From Nitrospinota bacterium (lineage in GTDB: Bacteria; Nitrospinota; Nitrospinia; Nitrospinales; VA-1): a stretch of 64,000 nucleotides of DNA. Below are positions 62,298-64,000 of this stretch, piece after piece. The stretch spans positions 54,689 through 118,688 of the forward strand of contig WAIB01000005.1 in assembly GCA_009873655.1 (NCBI GenBank), read 5' to 3'. The notes under the pieces were generated by a model that saw nothing but the letters and a program-made list of their open reading frames with translations, did no database searches and was not told the origin of the DNA. Position numbers and translations under genes: made by a program. Each line of letters begins with the position of its first letter. Position 1 is the stretch's first letter.

Positions 62298-64000
62298 GTG
62301 GCCAAAGTTGAAAAAATCATAGAGGCATTGACCCGGGAAGGGTCATTGATATTCGCACAAAATCTGTCCTATGCAGAAGAGCTTGAAAAAAAGATTCCCG
62401 AATTAAAAAAGGAAGAAAAAGACGATTGTGAATTCTGGTATGAAAATGATGCCCCCACCGTCGCCAATACCCGGGTCAAAATTTTTCCGACGGGGCATAT
62501 CGTTTTCTACAATGAGGAAGGACGGCGATTTCTCTGCACGGATCCAGACGGCATTCCGCTTCACGAGGCGTTATGGACCGAAGATGAAAATACCGGGGAA
62601 ACGCAACTGTCCCTCGCCCGCATGCAGTTGGACTGCAAACAATGGGTCGGTATAAAACCCCGGGCCAAAACCTTCTCAACCCAAATCGATATCAGCCCCC
62701 ACGAAGGCTGGGAAAACATGTCTCTCGACGACCTTCGCGAAAAAGCCGCCGAAGCCTGGAGGGTACCCGCATCAGAAGTAAAGTATTTTTATGATGACGA
62801 ACATATGGTTCATCAAGGCGAAGGCAAATACGATATCCGCCTCACCAAGGACGGACTTTATGCCCTGCACGAAGGCACGTTCGACAAATCCATATTCATC
62901 AGTTTCATGTTCCAGGTCAACTGGGCCAAACTCGACTTAATCCCTGTCGTGGAACTGTTTCAATCAACCCTGCCGGGAACCGGTGGAGCCGTCTTTGAGT
63001 TCATCTGGGGAATTTACAACGACCAATCGCGGGAAGAAGAGCTACCACCCCTGAGGTATCGCGGTCTGCCGACCTACCCATCCAAGGAAGCCTTTAATAT
63101 TTTCTCAGCATTCTTTGAACCGAAAGGACCTGAAGGAAAAAATATCAAAACGGTTTTTATGGACCCACAAACCTCGCATGAAATCACCTGGACTCCGCAA
63201 AAACACCCGCCGGTTCGTTATTTCAGCGAGCAACAACAAGTCGCCATCACCGCCCAGGACGGTTACCTTTACAAAGTCACGGTGTTTGACGACCCCATTA
63301 CCTTTCCGTTCACCAACTGCGTTGGAGTGAGAAAGCCCCCCATCCAGAGAGAGGTCCGGGTGGGAAACCAGACGTTGACCCTTCTGGAAGGGGAACAGGG
63401 AAAAGAAATTCTATTCGAACCCAGTTGGAACCTGAGGCCGCAAACCTATTCCACAAAACTGCAAGACAAACACCCTTTTACCTGGAAATGGTTTTTTAAC
63501 GGCGAACCTCCAAGAGTTGATCCGGTAAAATCCCTTTACACCGTTCCCTTCTATCCAGAAGGCCAGGCGGACATAGACGAGTCTTCCATGCAACCCATGG
63601 TGCTGGATCAAATATTTCATTACATGGAAATGGCACCGGGAATGCCGGCCAAGCTGGAAAAAATGGAATCGGTACTCATCCACACTTTTGACACCGTCCT
63701 CGCGGGCTGCATCGACAGCTCGAAAGACCGGATTTACACCGTGCTTTTCAGTGACCCTGAGTTCGCGCAAAAAAACGCACAACTCTTATGGAACTACGCC
63801 GCCTCGCGCGATCAGCTGAGCAATCTGGAGAGGGTTTCGTTCCTCGAAGAAAAAGAACATATTCAGGATGCCTACAGCCAGAAATACGACCTGATCTTCA
63901 AATGGATTCCTTTCATGTACCATCAGGATCGCGAAGCCTGTGAAAGTATGTTGCTGGCTCTATCAGAAGCATTACAGCCGGGCGGGTTCATGTTCCTGAT
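62298..64000 (+). CDS. hypothetical protein, more than 567 aa, open at the right window edge; the last visible residues resemble part of a class I methyltransferase-like fold
   Basis: Not in the track because it is open-ended. I checked every codon from GTG 62298 (AAAGGA SD 6 nt upstream; in-frame TAA at 62247-62249 upstream) to 64000 and found no stop. Translation: MAKVEKIIEALTREGSLIFAQNLSY...TLPGTGGAVFEFIWGIYNDQ...YDLIFKWIPFMYHQDREACESMLLALSEALQPGGFMFL. The fDlIf...L.PGG.l.l pattern is MTase-like, but no GxGxG motif is seen upstream. Confidence 0.7.
   Translation, partial: MAKVEKIIEALTREGSLIFAQNLSYAEELEKKIPELKKEEKDDCEFWYENDAPTVANTRVKIFPTGHIVFYNEEGRRFLCTDPDGIPLHEALWTEDENTGETQLSLARMQLDCKQWVGIKPRAKTFSTQIDISPHEGWENMSLDDLREKAAEAWRVPASEVKYFYDDEHMVHQGEGKYDIRLTKDGLYALHEGTFDKSIFISFMFQVNWAKLDLIPVVELFQSTLPGTGGAVFEFIWGIYNDQSREEELPPLRYRGLPTYPSKEAFNIFSAFFEPKGPEGKNIKTVFMDPQTSHEITWTPQKHPPVRYFSEQQQVAITAQDGYLYKVTVFDDPITFPFTNCVGVRKPPIQREVRVGNQTLTLLEGEQGKEILFEPSWNLRPQTYSTKLQDKHPFTWKWFFNGEPPRVDPVKSLYTVPFYPEGQADIDESSMQPMVLDQIFHYMEMAPGMPAKLEKMESVLIHTFDTVLAGCIDSSKDRIYTVLFSDPEFAQKNAQLLWNYAASRDQLSNLERVSFLEEKEHIQDAYSQKYDLIFKWIPFMYHQDREACESMLLALSEALQPGGFMFL

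Overview
The window reads as a mostly housekeeping chromosomal stretch from a low-GC diderm bacterium, since LPS and Lol genes are present. The GC estimate is by eye only, and no rRNA or tRNA is present to place it taxonomically. I support about 60 protein-coding genes. They include dtd, recA-recX-prepilin peptidase, accA, lpxD, lolCD, lysS, rny, 5-FCL, zapBA, pheT, rnr, comEC, gatCA, surE, a 2-Cys peroxiredoxin, blc, bioD, an OmpR/HK pair beside an acyl desaturase, a PiT/DUF47 pair, plsC, a grxD-bolA / A-type carrier-ygfZ Fe-S cluster, and several MBL-fold hydrolases. There is also one ncRNA: a 183-nt 6S RNA candidate in the classic zapA-ssrS-5FCL position. I also see two decayed gene remnants flanking the lipocalin gene, several small ORFs below the track cutoff, and a few clear terminators and promoters. 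I saw no transposase, integrase, CRISPR array, reverse transcriptase or recognisable defence or toxin-antitoxin module. The best candidate for something undescribed is the right-hand 9 kb (54.9-64.0 kb). It holds five consecutive genes without assignable function, arranged around an orphan TorD/NarJ-type (type II DMSO-reductase family) maturation chaperone. These are a 572-aa orphan, a 392-aa acidic protein with a C-terminal zinc ribbon co-transcribed with the chaperone, an 869-aa TPR protein, and a divergent ORF of more than 567 aa. The last two are driven by two back-to-back perfect-consensus sigma70 promoters. This is a hypothesis from sequence reading only. No homology search, covariance model or structure prediction could be run.
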